Shown one piece after another: positions 1 to 15,100 of a stretch of 64,000 nucleotides of DNA. Location of the stretch: assembly GCF_000150275.1 (NCBI RefSeq), contig NW_002060961.1, forward strand, positions 787,128 to 851,127, given 5' to 3'. A model generated the notes under the pieces. The model ran no database searches, was not told the origin of the DNA, and saw only the letters and a list, made by a program, of their open reading frames with translations. The DNA is from Trichoplax adhaerens (lineage: Eukaryota > Animalia > Placozoa). The position numbers were made by a program, and so were the translations under genes. The number at the start of each line of letters is the position of its first letter. Positions within the stretch are counted from its first letter, which is position 1.

Positions 1-127
1 CCAGTAAGGTGTAATGCAGAGCTAAAACACCTATCGGTTCTAATCTAATACATCTTAATTCTATTCATGTTACCATATCCGATTAATTTAAATTAATCTT
101 TCCTTTCTGCTTTGCTACACCCTAAAG

Positions 128-238
128 GACCTCCAACGGATCATCAATTTTGGTTATATAGGCAATCCTATTGTGCCGCTAGTTCAGACGACGACCGTCT
201 GTGCCTGCAGCGACAAAACGTCATTGCCGCTTGATTAA
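128..238 (+). CDS. Possible terminal exon of a gene entering from the left edge (DLQRIINFGYIGNPIVPLVQTTTVCACSDKTSLPLD*)
   Basis: Donor-like gtaagg at 4, pyrimidine tract ending in AG at 126-127, then a 37-codon GC-richer open frame. No family recognised. Confidence 0.25.
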   Translation, partial: DLQRIINFGYIGNPIVPLVQTTTVCACSDKTSLPLD

Positions 239-962
239 ACTATTTTGATGACTAATAGTATATTTTTAACAAACTATAGATAAGATATCTGTGATTTTAC
301 TATAGTAAATAACGCAATTTCAAGTTACTCAATGGAGTAACCAAAATTAAATTAAAAATGTGCAGGATACCACTATCAAAAAGAAAATTAACTATGTTTT
401 GGTGTGTTAATATTTAGAAAATGATAATGTGCTCACTCGTATTATAATTTGTACTCTTTCATGTACAAAATGTATCACATAATATTAAAAATTTGAAGTA
501 AATTAGAATGATATCCACGTTGTAATATTCGTTAAAGGTAATGCTTACTCTCGAAGGCTATAGCTAAAGTATTTCATACTGAGGACAGCTTAATCTATAT
601 GATTGTAATTTGTAGTAATTAACGGTAAATAGAATTGAATACTTTAAAATTTTTTTCTGATTAGTCATTGGTAATGTATTACTTTATAGGCAATCATGAT
701 TATTTTCAGGTAAGTTCGTAAGTGAATATACCCTGATCGGTGCATAGCAGTGGTTTATGTCCATAAAATACTGAAACTGGTCTCTAATGTTGGCAATGTT
801 CAAATAAAAAATTAAATTGTTCTGATTAGCTTAAAATATTAGCCGGATGATAATATTGAGGAATTACTAGGTCGTCAAGCAGTCACAGTTTATTGAATTT
901 CTTTGACAGATTTATGAAAATTTTTATACAGTTACATAAATGCAAAAGATAATGTACATACA

Positions 963-995
963 GTATATATGTATATATATATATATCTATATATT
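963..995. repeat. Imperfect (TA)n microsatellite
   Basis: gtatatatgtatatatatatatatctatatatt. Confidence 0.8.
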
Positions 996-3120
996 AAAAG
1001 TTAATCTATATTTATATTTACGAATACAAGCATAAAGAATTCCTTATCTAGTCTGTATTTTTACGCGATAGTGAAGTATAGAATCTCAATTTTATAGTAG
1101 TATTTGGTGTACACATACATTTTTACGAATGTAGTAATTTCTTATCGAATCGACATCTTCAAATAAAGAGTATATTAGAACCGTATATGAATATTTCTAT
1201 ATGTATGTATTGTGTTTTACGAATTCATATCATAAGAAATTAGCTAGAATTATTGTCTAAATATTATCAAATATTGTAGCAATTTCGATAGTAATATATC
1301 ATTTACTATATTTCAATTACTGCCTAAGAACAGTTAACATGAATAAATCCAAATACCATTAAACTATCTTATATATCAAGTGTTTTACATGAAGATAGTT
1401 TCCATAACTTTATCTTATTTAGTGGAAGGGGATAAAGTTATGTAAGGGATAAAAAATGTCACATATGTATCTTATTACTTTTAAGATCCATGCACGCTAT
1501 TGCTACAGTATCAGTGTGTTTATAGTACATACGAATTTCTGCATGATATGTCATAGGTAGAAGTAATTTTATTTCGAAGAACTTATTAATTATCTCAATA
1601 AAAAAGAAGTTTAGTTATGTTTTGTTAAGAAAATAAGTGTAGCTAGTCTATCTAGGATTTATGTGTAGTAGGTTTCTACCTTAATGCGCAAAAAGTCTCC
1701 AAACTTTAGAAAATAAGTTGTCATTAATTGTCGGTTTAAGCATCATGTATCTTATATGAACTTACTTTGTGCCTTAATGAACATCTTGAGGTACAAGAGC
1801 GGATTTACTTTCAGAAAGTAAGAGAATTACCCGCCATTTTGAAAGTAATTAGGAATTATTCGTGTATATTGAATTGGTCTGCATTATATGCAAATAAATC
1901 CAAGTCTTTATATTGCATGTTTTTCGTGAGACTTGCGTCATTCGTACGTATATGTTTGAGGAAGGCCGAGGATAATAAGTTTTGAAGGAATTAAATTGTA
2001 ACAGACTTGAATTTAGTTCATTATCTACGACACTCGCTACATGCAGTTGTGGATAGATATTAACTTTGGCGATAGCGTATGGATTCTTCTAACACTTTTA
2101 AACTATCCAGTTGAAAAAAGTAGCGCAAAATATTTTAAAATTCTATAATAATGACGGCATAGAATATTGATCGATTACCTACTTAATTTACCGCATATTT
2201 AATAAAGTCGAATGCATAATGGATAGTTTTAAAGCCTATTTGTAAGAAATTGTTGGAACATAATCATAAAGCTATTTAATCCGTGTTAACTTATGGCATT
2301 ATCGTATTTGATCGAGAACATCGTATTAAAATGTGTGTATCCATTAAGCTAAAATGTATAAAGTCAATATTATTTTGATGGGTTGATCAAGTGCTAGTAA
2401 GGTGAAGGTCAGCTGTCACGATTTGCTGTAAATCTTTTACTCTTCCTATCAATCATTAGTCTTATAATATGATTGAATAATTATTTCTTTTTATTTTATT
2501 TGATTTGGATAGAGTCTAAAACAGTGAAAAGAGAAATAGAGAGAAGGAGGGAGGAGGATTAAAATTTACTGTTGTATAGGAATACATGATGATTGTAAAT
2601 GCAAGTAAATGGAGAGTTTGCTTTTAAGAACTATTCTTATGTTAATGATGTTGTTCATGAATAGATATGGTAATTATTCGCTAGTCAATTATTGTCCTTG
2701 ATCTTTATCGTAATGTTCCTACTGCTTTTTAGTTGTAAACCTTATTCTAGCGTTATTGCAATGCTATTAAACCACGTGAGCAACATTGTGCATGATGATT
2801 ATGCAGTTACCAACGACAGAAGGCAACAAGTATACCTACCACCTTTTTTTAACTGGTTTGTCCGCTTTTCATCATTTTACTTGAATCGATTCTTCTTGCG
2901 TCAGTGGCTCATCTGCGATCCTCCTTTTTTTGCCTACAGCATTTGGATCTTGAGCTTACAAAAACAAATTCAATTCAATTCATTGATTGGCCTTTGGTGA
3001 TTGCTATAAGAATCTTTATCTTGATTCTTATCCCACTACTTCACTTAAACAATCTTTGAATATTCTTTTTCAACATACCTTGGGCACGCTATCGTTGCCG
3101 ATGTGCATCATATAAGCGCC

Positions 3121-6100
3121 ATGATTTACAAGTATTGGATATTGGTGTTAACAGTGGCTTTTACTGTAATGGACTATCGTCACCAAGTTACTGCTGCTTG
3201 CTTGCCTGGTTGTACTTGCGGCACAAATCAATATGATTGTAAAAATGCTGATTTAACTTCAGTACCAACAGATATTCAATCCAGTATTGCCACATTGTGA
3301 GTACCTATTTGATATTTTTTTTTATTTTAACAGTGCTATTAGAATTGAAATATTGTAACCACAATTTTATTTCTTTTCAATTTATCGCTGATTTTTAACC
3401 ACAACGTTCTTACGATCTTCACTTATGTTCATTTTTAAATTAAAACTGAATCCTATTTGGGATTCGATACTATCGGGAAAGATCTTGATTGTAAGCCATA
3501 GTCGGTATCGCCATAAATTAAGAATCGTTTAAGAAGATATGTAAAAATGTTTACGGGAATCTTTTTTGAGAAGATTATTCCGTTACCCTGACTTTAATTT
3601 TTAGTTGAAAAGGAAAATAGAATAAAAGTAGATATCAAGCAACTATAGCACCTGAATGATATTTAATACTGGGTCAATAGTTTTACTTTCATCATCGTCT
3701 AGTTTAGATCGAAACTAATTTCCTCTTTTTAAACTCTAAGCCCTTCAAGAGAAAATAATTCAATTAAGATATACTTCTAACGTACAAGTCACACTTATAC
3801 ATCACTTTGAAAAAGCTTGTTCTAATTTTCCCGTCTCTTCTAGTTATCTATAACTTTATTAATTTTTTAAGATTACATAGACCGAATTCATTTTTCTAAT
3901 AATAAAGCACAACAAAAATAGGAGTGGGGTACATTCTACTTTTCGCATGAGGTGATGCAATCTATTTCAATCCTTCTATACTTGTCTTTACCTACAACGG
4001 TAAATTAAGGGATAAGTTCATGTTACTAGATATAACAAAGAAAGAAACAACTCAAGTAGTCCACGTTCACGTCACAATTATAAATTGATTTTTTTCCCCT
4101 TTCTCGTCTTGGTCCTTAAGGGATTTAAGCCATTTTTTTAACCTTACTTCTTATTTGTAGCTATATCGAATAAGCATACCTTCAAATGAATTCGAGTTTG
4201 TTACAGATAAATCAAGATAGAATTTATTTCTTTCCGAAGGAAATGGCATAAAAAAATTTCGATAGTAATAAATCTATCTATTATCTCCGACTTTTTACTC
4301 CTAGCTATAGTATATATATTGACATTCCATGAGGCTAATGAGTATAAAGAAGAACAAACATTTTCTATATGACGACCATTTAATTCGAAGAATTTTGCTC
4401 TTTATAACGTATTGACAGTAGAGGTACATTCGACCATCGATTAAATGGAAGTCATTGATAAGTACAATCACGATAGAGTAAATATCAAATTTTTGACACA
4501 GATTATCTAAGTTTTATTCCTTATCCACAATTTTTTGCGGGTTTCTTTAATTTTTGACCCCTATCATTTCATTCTAGGATCATATTTTTTCGTCATGATA
4601 GTGAGATGATACATATAACGGAAATGAGGACAAAAATACAACATTAATGATTCTATGACAATTATTATCTACATTATTAGTTATTAAAAATGGCCCAAGT
4701 TCTAGTAGAGTAGAATACAATGAAAAGTAACCTATTTTACTTCTCCACTATAACCGTGGGCAAAAAATGCATCAAGGGCAATTTGGCGATTGAACATGTT
4801 ATTAACATGAATAGCGGAGAAAATAATGACTAATTGATATAATTTAATAGGCATGACCTAATACATTAGCTACTTTCTTGGTAGTAAATTTATACATTAA
4901 TTTAATTTTCAATCTAATTGGATGATTCCTAATCTCTGATATGTCATCATTCAATTAAGATTGTCAAATTGAAAATCTTAACATAGGAATACTGTATAGT
5001 GCTTATTATGATTTACAAGATATATATCTATTTAATAGTTTAGTAATTTATTGATAACGATAGTAATAATTTAATCCTATCTACATTATGACATCGTCAT
5101 GGTTGAAAGTTAAAAGGCGATAGATATATCTTATCCTATTAAATAAGGCAACTGCATTGCTGCCTATGAATAGGTTATTATCGATATTGTTCATCTAATG
5201 AGAAAGAGTAGATATAGAGTAGAATCTTTTGCAAATAAAAATTCAAGAGAGTTTGTAAAAGGGGAAAGAGTATGAGGATATAAGTGTGATAGAGAAAAAG
5301 AATATACGATAAATTGTTCTCATTTTTTGGCTATTTTCTTTTTTTACACCATCATTTCAATAGGTGATCGTTATTGTACTACTTTTAATCGTAGTGTCCT
5401 AGCCATGGCAGCCTAAGGATAATAATAGACGGGGAATTATTGTTTGAGAGTAGATACTGTTAAGGTGCAAAAGGCTGACAACGCCATGTCGATTTTGTTA
5501 TTCCTTCCTTTTTTATACTATCATTTAATTCTATCCTATTGTAACAATATAAAAATATCGGAACCTTTATAGTTCAAAAGGGTATAAATGTCATCTTAGA
5601 GTGATGCTTAAGGCAATAAGATTGAAAATGTCATTGTCTACCATGATTAATCCATACTATCTTCAATGCAGTTAAGCCTTACTAGTAACGTTGGGATTGT
5701 ATACAGGATCGGCGATACTATAATAGAATGCTTTTATAGCCTATCGTGATCTACCTACGTGGCCATGGAATAGCACCTTATCATTTCAACTTCAGATACA
5801 CACGTTAAAGGAGTGAAATAGAAGTCGTCCATGATTCATGATTTGAAATATTCAGTTTTAATTTAGGGGGATTTCTTACCGACATCTAAGTTGATCAAGT
5901 CATGCATTGGCCTAAAAACATTCTTATAATTGTGAACAATGTTTCCGACTAGACTTTATTAAATAGCGGAAAAATTGTTCAATGGCTGTCTGGTTGTTTT
6001 AATTTTGTATCGTAAGCACGGCATCCTTAAGGAGACCAAGAATATCAGACTACTGTTCCACTGTCGCCAATAACTTATTCTTACTCTATCTTGGTTTCCT

Positions 6101-9100
6101 TCATATGAAAAACAAGTTAGACAGGTGATTCATCCTTATGTTCTATTCAACAAAAATATTATGCAAGTTATATTAGTCCCTACTGATTTGTTTCTGAGAG
6201 CTTTGTTGCACCTCGTTAACTAGGCACAGTATGATAGATTAAAAATAATATTGTACATTATCCATATTATTATCCAAGATGTAAATTTACTTGCCTATCC
6301 GTTCAAGAAGGACATTAATGTCTAGCTAAATTGCTTCTTTGTTCTTGTATAGACTATTGTTTGGTAGGGTAAACTAACAGTACTTGCTACATTCCAAAGT
6401 AATAGCCCACAATGTGGTCATCCAAGATAGAATTAGAGCTTGAATAGCCAGCCACAGACAAAACTAACCGCCTTATTTTTTCAATTCCATACAAGCATTA
6501 ATCGAACACTTTTTTCTGTCTGGCTCTTGACAGTGGGATATATCGTCCATTTAATATCAACGACTTGCCAAAATACACTTAAAAGTTGGGCTTCTGTACA
6601 GTTACCGCCATAACTGTGATCGCTTAATGTTACGCATTGTCGTAATGACAAATGCTAAGTGACAGAGTAAGAGCAATAAAGGACTACTATATATCATCAT
6701 TTTGGGACATGAATTTTTCGTTATTAGTTATTTGATACTGAAATGTTCCATTATTGACCGTTCCGATATTTTCCCAGTCATAAAAACAACGAATATCCAT
6801 AAAATGCAACTTTAAAACAAATGCTATCGTAACAAGAAACTATCGTAGTACGGTAAAAGGAACATGTCCTCATCGTCAAAGCATGGCGCAGTCCATCGTT
6901 TCTTATACTCTATTTTAGGTGATTGTGATTAAGTCATTAGTAATATGTTTAGGGCTTAATACTATGGCCAAGGATTAGAGTTAATCTTGAAATAAACGCA
7001 AACGGTACTGCTGATAAGAATAGATTTACGCGTATATAGTTTTGGATATCGTAACCTTGGCTACACATTCTGCATCCATTTCAAATCAATTTTGTTGATA
7101 ACTACCTTATCGATTTGAAGCAGCTTCGTTACAGATTGCTTGACTATGACTGTAAGTAAGTAAAATAATTTCGTTTATTGGATATCAAAATTATGCCAGT
7201 ATGTACCATGGTAAAAGTTAATGAATTGAAGGTTAGAAAGATTTCAAATTTAGACTTCGCCCTAATATGACCAAAGTAAATGCACTACGGACAATAGTTT
7301 AAAATAGTAAATAAAGAGGCAACGTAGGGGTCGCCAATGGCTATTATCTTCATTAATCTGCCTTTGAATGATGGGGTTTTCCACATGCTGAGCAATTAAT
7401 ACTTTTCTATTAAGGGTATAGAGGCAGAAGATACGGTAGAAAATACAGAGAGAAGAAAGAGCAGACTGTTTCTTTTGCTCTGATCAGCTCTCAATTGATA
7501 CACAATAATAGCTGGTTGTAGTTTACCGAGGTTATTGACGAGTATATTCTCGCCATTGCCTGGTGATTGTCGGTACTGGAATTATTCTGATTTATTATTT
7601 TAACTATGAATAAAGTAACAGATTGACTGCTTCTTTGTCGATGACATCTTTCACTTCCTTCTATTGATACTGTTATGATTAATATTGTAGGATCCAATAG
7701 TAGTCCATTATGATTATTATTAGTTTTGCAACAGCGATACATATTCTATATAGACGAGTGGATACTTTGTATTTTTTGGCGACTTTTGATCGCTACATAG
7801 GAGTAGTTAGTACCCAATTTATCCTTGACGATGCTTATCGGTATACGTATACAAATTTGGACGGTATAGCGCAATCTTAGCAGACCAGGCATTTACAAAA
7901 AACATGATTGTCATTGTAACCTTGAAAATTAATTCTTACTTTTAGCTTATTACACTTAGGAGTATTTTGTAAGGAAAGAAATACGCTCTTTTACCCCATT
8001 TCACGTGCCTTCTTTATCCACATACAAGTGTAAATCATCTATGACCAATACTTGCATACTATACTATTATATATGGCAATTATTATCTAGTATGCTGTAA
8101 GTTCTATTCTTGTCTACCGTAAATGGATATGATTCAATTTGGTCATTTTGCATCAAGCTGTATTACCACGGTAAAATTGAAATCCTAGATTGACATTTTT
8201 GGGGGAACCGTCAACTGGGACAAACTGGGAAGACTAAAAGAGTTTTCCATAGGCTCATTTTGACTATTGGATAAAATTGTAATCCATGGATGAAGAAGTG
8301 TTATCATGATTTAGCAGACTGGTCGTAAGCGAGCTTATTTAAGAATTATGCGACGACATAGTCGAAGAGTAATCTAGCCACCAGTCGATCTTACTAGACT
8401 GTAGTTAGCGGATATCGGTGTGCAGTAAGAGTTATTGATAAAGTAACTGCGAATCGGTAAAAGATAATCAGCGCTAGTGACTCGTATTCGTTTCTTGGAT
8501 CGTTTATTATCCTAGTCTTTTCTCGACTATTTCATAACAGTGGACAATGCTGTCGTTTAGTGATAGACTATTTCTCCACCATTTCGATGATGGTGTAGAG
8601 ACGCCATAGATCAACTTGTGTTGCATATAGTCAGTATCCATTCACAAATCGATGGCAATCCAATGAATTTTGATACTTTTGACATCTTGTCGCCGACGAG
8701 AGCTTATCGTAGACGACTACAAATTAGAATAAAAACTGTTGAAATCTCGATTGGGCTAATGGGAGTCCCATTTCAACTACCATCATGACTACTGTCGACA
8801 GCTTGCAATGCCTGTAGGAAACGGCAACTATTTCTTCAAGGCTTGACTGCCATTTTATATACTGTACTGTTCAGTTGAATTACCTTAGTGATTGACTCAA
8901 CCACTAGGCCGTAGCGTTGTAGAGTGATCGAGCAAAGCAAGACTGAAGTCAGTCTTGGACACGTACTATGGAGAGTCAATGTGGCCACTTCACCTCTCTA
9001 GGCGTCATCAACACTGTTGACTTTTGGCAACAAACGACCCAGTCGGCTGATTTACGCTGCAGGTGGTTCAAGGTCAGCGATAGACTGTACACTGTACAGT

Positions 9101-12100
9101 GTACAGTACTGTACGAGGAGAGAGTGAAGAAAAAACTGTTTTTTCTCAACTCCAAGTTTACTGTACAGTACACTACTACTGTCAGTAGGCACTAGGCAGT
9201 ACTGTATTAGACACTCCAGATCACTCTCGGATAGTAGTCTACAGTACAGTACTGTACTGTAGACTGTAGTGTACAGTAGTACTGTATAACCTTATTACGG
9301 ACGCAATCGTAGTGTACTGTATGTACTGTAGCGAGCCAGGCGCGCATTTCACACCGCTTCGGTTCCGATCCAGCACGGCCAACGATTGCAGGAGGATTGA
9401 CGGCTATGATTTTAGTATGGCGTTCCTACTGTAGGGAAGGAGCTACAGGAGAGGAAGGCCATCTTCCATCTTGGAGGCGAAGGGGATATCATGATGGTCT
9501 TATACAGTTAATTTTCCTTGATGTTCATGTCAAGTTGTCTACTTAAGCTGAAGTAGGCAAAAAAAAAAGCAAATAGGTTTTGAAGTGCAATCAATTGGAG
9601 AGAACGGCGTAACTACTTTTCTCAGTGGAAAATTGCATGACAGAAGAGATAAGATCCATTTGAACTACTGACTGGAAATATTTCCAGTCAGTGATTGTCA
9701 ACCGAAAGGGTTCATAAAGTAGAGAACCCATTCACTATATGCCGTTCTCTCTAGTCAATCAATCATTGATTCTTCAAAGCGTATAACAGTGAAAAATGAT
9801 TTTGACAAAATGGACATTGTATCGGTTTCGTGCTACGATCGCTAATCTCTGGTCTACAGTACACCATGTCCAGCGGTCAAATGGGTTGATTTTGAATTTT
9901 ACGCTTTTATCACCCTTCCTTCATACAAACGAAAGCAATTCAAAATTTAGGGCTTACATTGTAGCCAAAATCCCACATGTACGATGGAATTCAATTCGGT
10001 TACTTTTGTAGTCATGGATATTCAAAGTTAAATTGAAAAAGCGTTTTTCCGCCTCCAATAATGAATCAAACCGATGGATCACGTATGCGTACATTGACAG
10101 AGGATAAATGTTTTCGCACATGTGTAAGTCGTTTCAGTACAGTAGTAATTTAATACTGTAGTATAGTAAAAGCTGATTTCCTGCCAACAATAATGAATTG
10201 ATCAAGACAACTGATCGTTAGGGCACATAGGATCGTGGTTGAGCGTTTTAAGACGTTTCCAAATTTCAACCGTACTTCTTTTCTACTATATTCAAACCTT
10301 TCTACTTTTGTTGCACACAATAATCAAGTCAATCAAACACTGTTACACCTATTACTACCGAGATTGAAACTACTTGAAGTCAAGATTGATTGAACATTTG
10401 AAGTCGTTTTAGCTGCATTACGTAAAAGCTTTTTTTACCCCGTTTACAATATACTGCAATGATAGGCTATGCAGTATGCAGGTACAGTAAGTTGAATATC
10501 AATCAATCACGGCGTAATGATACAACAAAGCAAGAATAACTTTCTCGTGATGGTATTTATATTCCATGAGAAATGAGTTTGTACTGAATTAATGAATCAT
10601 AAAATCATTCGGTAAAATTGAACAGCGTCAATCTAAATTTACCAGCAGTCTTCTAGAAATAAATCGCTTAAACCTTAACCCTTAATTACCATACTTTATA
10701 CTACAAATTGATCGATTAACCACTACAGTAGCAGAAGCGCTTATAGAACACAATCTCTTTCCCATCTTAGCCTATACTAACTAGTACATGTCTATAAGTA
10801 CCATTTGATCGCAAAAGAACACATGTCTAGAATAATATTAAGCTGTATTTGATGGGATGCGATTGTCATCACTGCGGATATATGTATAAAGTTAAAAAAC
10901 ACAAATCAAATGTTCCGACTGTTTGACATTGACTTAGTTGATAGCCCCCCCATTAATTACGCATTCCGGAATAATAAAATTGTAATGCCTTGACCGTATA
11001 GCACCCAATGTGTACATTATACCGAGGTAACACAAATAGAACAAATAAATGATAAAATAATCAATAATGCTTCTCTATTTGCTGTTATTCTATATAATTA
11101 TAATTGAAAGAACAGGCAAATCTGGCTATGCATGATTAACGTCAACAGGCTACAGCAACACCTTGTAACCGTAATACAGTATTACCGCCTGCAGCAATAA
11201 ATATATTGCTAGCGTAGCTACTAATTAATTATACACATGGCCTACATTTAAACACGTACAACTGTCATTCCTTCTACCCAAGCAATAAAATAAAATTAAT
11301 TGTATTAGGCTTTCAACTAAAAGAGAATCAGTATTAGCGATATAAGTTATCGATAATGGCTACAGTTTCTACTGCAAAGTAGCTATATCTTAATCGGTAA
11401 CAGGTAAACTTTTATAATTTAATCCTAATAAACTGGCATTGACTTGTTCATAACATACGGCAATATAATCTGATCTTTCAAGACAACACCGCGTTATGAT
11501 AATATTAATGAGCATTACATGTACTTTACGGCGACATTGTTATTGATGCGATAGATTTAAATGATTTTGGATTTGGAAGCGATGTAAGTGATTTAATTAG
11601 ATTGATTTACGCTAGCATTTCTTCTTATTTACCGAATAAAATAATGCGAAAATAGACTACAATTTAAATTCTATCATCAACCAAAAGAGTCAAGAGAAGT
11701 ATTGTTTATTTACTTAAAGTGACCGCATAGTTTAGTGGAAAATGTTATGACTAATACATTAACTCAACTCGCTATTGGTTAACCTTCAACTTTTTAATCC
11801 TTTCTATCTTTTCATCATGTAACGCTATTGTCATTCCATTTGATAGTTGAACAACAAAGAGTGCAAGAATGTTGATTATTTTCTTAGCTATGATCACCTT
11901 CAATAGTATTGTTTATAATATAACATGATAAATTCATTAATTATTCATTAATAACATGTATGAAATAACTACCTAATTGTAAAAAAGGAAAAATGTGTCG
12001 ATAATATAAATTACCAACTATAGTATGCTATTACCTTACCTTTTCCTTCTGTATTAGTACCGTAGTTATAATTGGAGTGGAAATAGTGTAGGAGTACAAT

Positions 12101-15100
12101 AAATGCGTAAAGAAACTGTTAAGCAAATAATATTACTGCAAGTTAGAAAATTTTGCGTTAGAATCTGACTATTTAATACATCAACTTTATTTATAGGTCT
12201 TTATCCGGCAATAAGATCGCTGCCATTGGCGATAGTACATTTTACTATCTAACCAATTTGACAAGCTTGTAAGTAATATTCAAATAAATACTTTGTTAAT
12301 AGTTTACCGCTATTTCAGTATGATAGACTGTTAAATTGAAAAACATACCGTTATTTATATTTAAATTGCTAAAAAGATTAAAATACCGAATAAATAAGGC
12401 TAGTCAATTATATAATTACAGTAAATTTGTGATAATGATATTTCGTACTTAGATTGGCAATAATGAAAATCAGATCAATATAACTGTATAGTAATATCAA
12501 ATATCTTATCTAATTATATAGCGCCTTGCATGTTACTAATTACATTATCTCTCTTCTCAATCGAATTAAAATTTCAATTATAGGGATCTGTCCGACAACA
12601 TTATCAATTATATCTCGCCTAGAGCTTTTAACAGATTGAAAAAGCTGAGATACTTGTAAGTCTGATCGAGACTGAATGTAATTTTTAGAAGTATAGCGCA
12701 ATAATTTGCTAAGATTGAACTATAGTGAATTTAAGTAATCCCTATTTGATAAGTGAAAAATTTGGTACAACAGTAATATTGCTAGATCCGTAAGTTGTTC
12801 AATTATATCAACCAAATGATACTATTTATACTCACAGATATTTGGAAAAAAACAAATTATCAAATCTTAATGTCAACTTATTCCAAGAGTTACCTGATTT
12901 AAGAAGAATGTAAGTAATATAATTTTGATAAATATTAACAGACTAGAGAATACGTAAATTTGGTCCGTTTTAATATATAATTTTTACGTTATGATTTATA
13001 GAACTATCAACGATAATCAAATATCTAATTTACCTGCTCAGATATTTGCTAAAAACCCCTTATTGGAAACATTGTAAGTTTATTAATATAGATTATACGA
13101 TGCATTTAGCTATTAGTCAAAACTATAAACCTTGAAGTATTTTTCTTTAATTAAAAACGCAAATATCATTTTATTAATAAATAGAAACTTCAAGTCCAAC
13201 ACGTTGACAAACTTGCCCGGAAATGTCTTTAAAAATCTGAAGTCACTAAGTACTTTGTAAGCAATCTTAGTACTTCTTGAACTAGTAAAGATGTGTATTT
13301 CTAGTTGATCTAGATCGTATATTTAGATTAAGCTTAGTCTAATCAAAATAATATGGTATTTCCGACTTAAAATATATTCATCACGATTTAAGTCTATATT
13401 ATTCACATTATCCCTATTTGAATACTTGCTAGAACTCTCAGCAACAATCCACTGAAGAAATTAGAATCAACCTTATTTAGGGATCTGACGGGATTATTAG
13501 TTTTGTAAGTAACCTTAAAGGATAAAAGTTAACTACATAAAAAGCAAGCCTATTATTTTCAGCCACGGTTGATAGTTACAACTGATATAAACATTTATAC
13601 ATGACAACATTTTTAATATAAAAAGTAAATAAAGAATGAATAATTATTCTTAGCCAGTAGTAACTATTGCTTATCAGTAGGAAATATAATTTGAAATTAT
13701 TAATAGCTAATGATGACATCGTTAAATAACTAGCTACTTTATTCTTACGTCCAAATCTATAGTCGTAATAATAAAACTGCTGTATACAAGCATTAATTAT
13801 ATTTTTTGTTTTTATTAACGTTAGAAAACTATCTAACTCCAACATAACTGGTAAACTACCAGCTGATTTATTTAAAAATCTGATCAGTTTATTTCAGCTG
13901 TAAGTATCGCCTGTAATCGCCTACAGTTCAATTCTTGGAACACCGTATAAGATATAAAATGAATTAGTACTAAAAATTCGAAATATTAAAATATGTATTT
14001 CTTTAGTGATATCTTCAGCAATGAAATTAGCGAATTGCCTTATGGAATCTTTAGCAATTTATCCAGAGTCAGCTCTCTGTAAGTTAATTTTTGACTCCAT
14101 AATATTTTTGTTTATCTCTTGTGTAGTTTAGGTTTTAGAGTCATTTAGTTTAATTATATAATTATCATGAAAACGTAACGTTAATGGACATTGTAAATTT
14201 CTGTGAATTTTGGATAGGGACTTTTCGCATAATAAAATTGGATCACTCAAAGATAATATTTTTAGCAATATGACGAGTTTGAACTTTCTGTAAGTATAAG
14301 AGTTATGAATCAAATTAAAATAGATATTGAACTGCACTCTTACCGAGAGATTAGCTCCGAAATAGATAAGAGACAAAATTTGGTTAATTTTAATCATCCA
14401 TTACTAATATTTCTTTACCAGGAAAATTAACAATAATCCCTTCTATTGTGATTGCAATTTAATTTGGTTGAAAATATGGCTAGCTTCTGCGTCACAAAGA
14501 AACATTGCTGTCTATCATCAGAAGCAAATCCAGTGTACGAGACCAAGCTTGTTGGCTGGTCGAAGCTTACTAGGAATTGCATCGAATAATATGATTTGTG
14601 GTATGTTAAAGTGAACTCGAGCACTATATCCATCAAGCTTATTAATTCAGTCATTGAAGAGCATAAATACATTATTGCCATGAGAATTATTTCAATTTTA
14701 CTGATGTTAACTACGAATAGTAACAATATTTGCGTATTCCTGGAAGCACATGTCTGCCTCCTAAATACATAACTTGTTCAAAATTTGACTGCATCCTATG
14801 ATATTTTGACTTGTCTATTTATCATCGAAATTGTAACTAAGTTTGAAGTAAAATTATCAATTAAAATTTTAGAACAATCTACAACCACTCCACCGATGCC
14901 AATAACATCGACACAGCCTCCGACAACTAGAGTAACAACAGCCTCGACGACACCTAACGGTCAGATATCGTCTTCTGCAACTCCCCCAGCAGCAAGTTCA
15001 GCTGCTCCGTCTACTGCCGGCAATAAAATTACATCTAGACCACCAGTTGAAACAAGATCAACGCCTGCAGCTACAAGGGCAACACAAACTAGCAGAGCAA

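Noticed and set aside
9330-9500. GC-rich stretch as SRP, RNase P or 7SK RNA
   Set aside because: Only a gccaggcgcg resemblance; the diagnostic conserved motifs were not found
13576-14726. Minus-strand ORFs across the LRR exons
   Set aside because: AT-rich intron and antisense sequence with no family features
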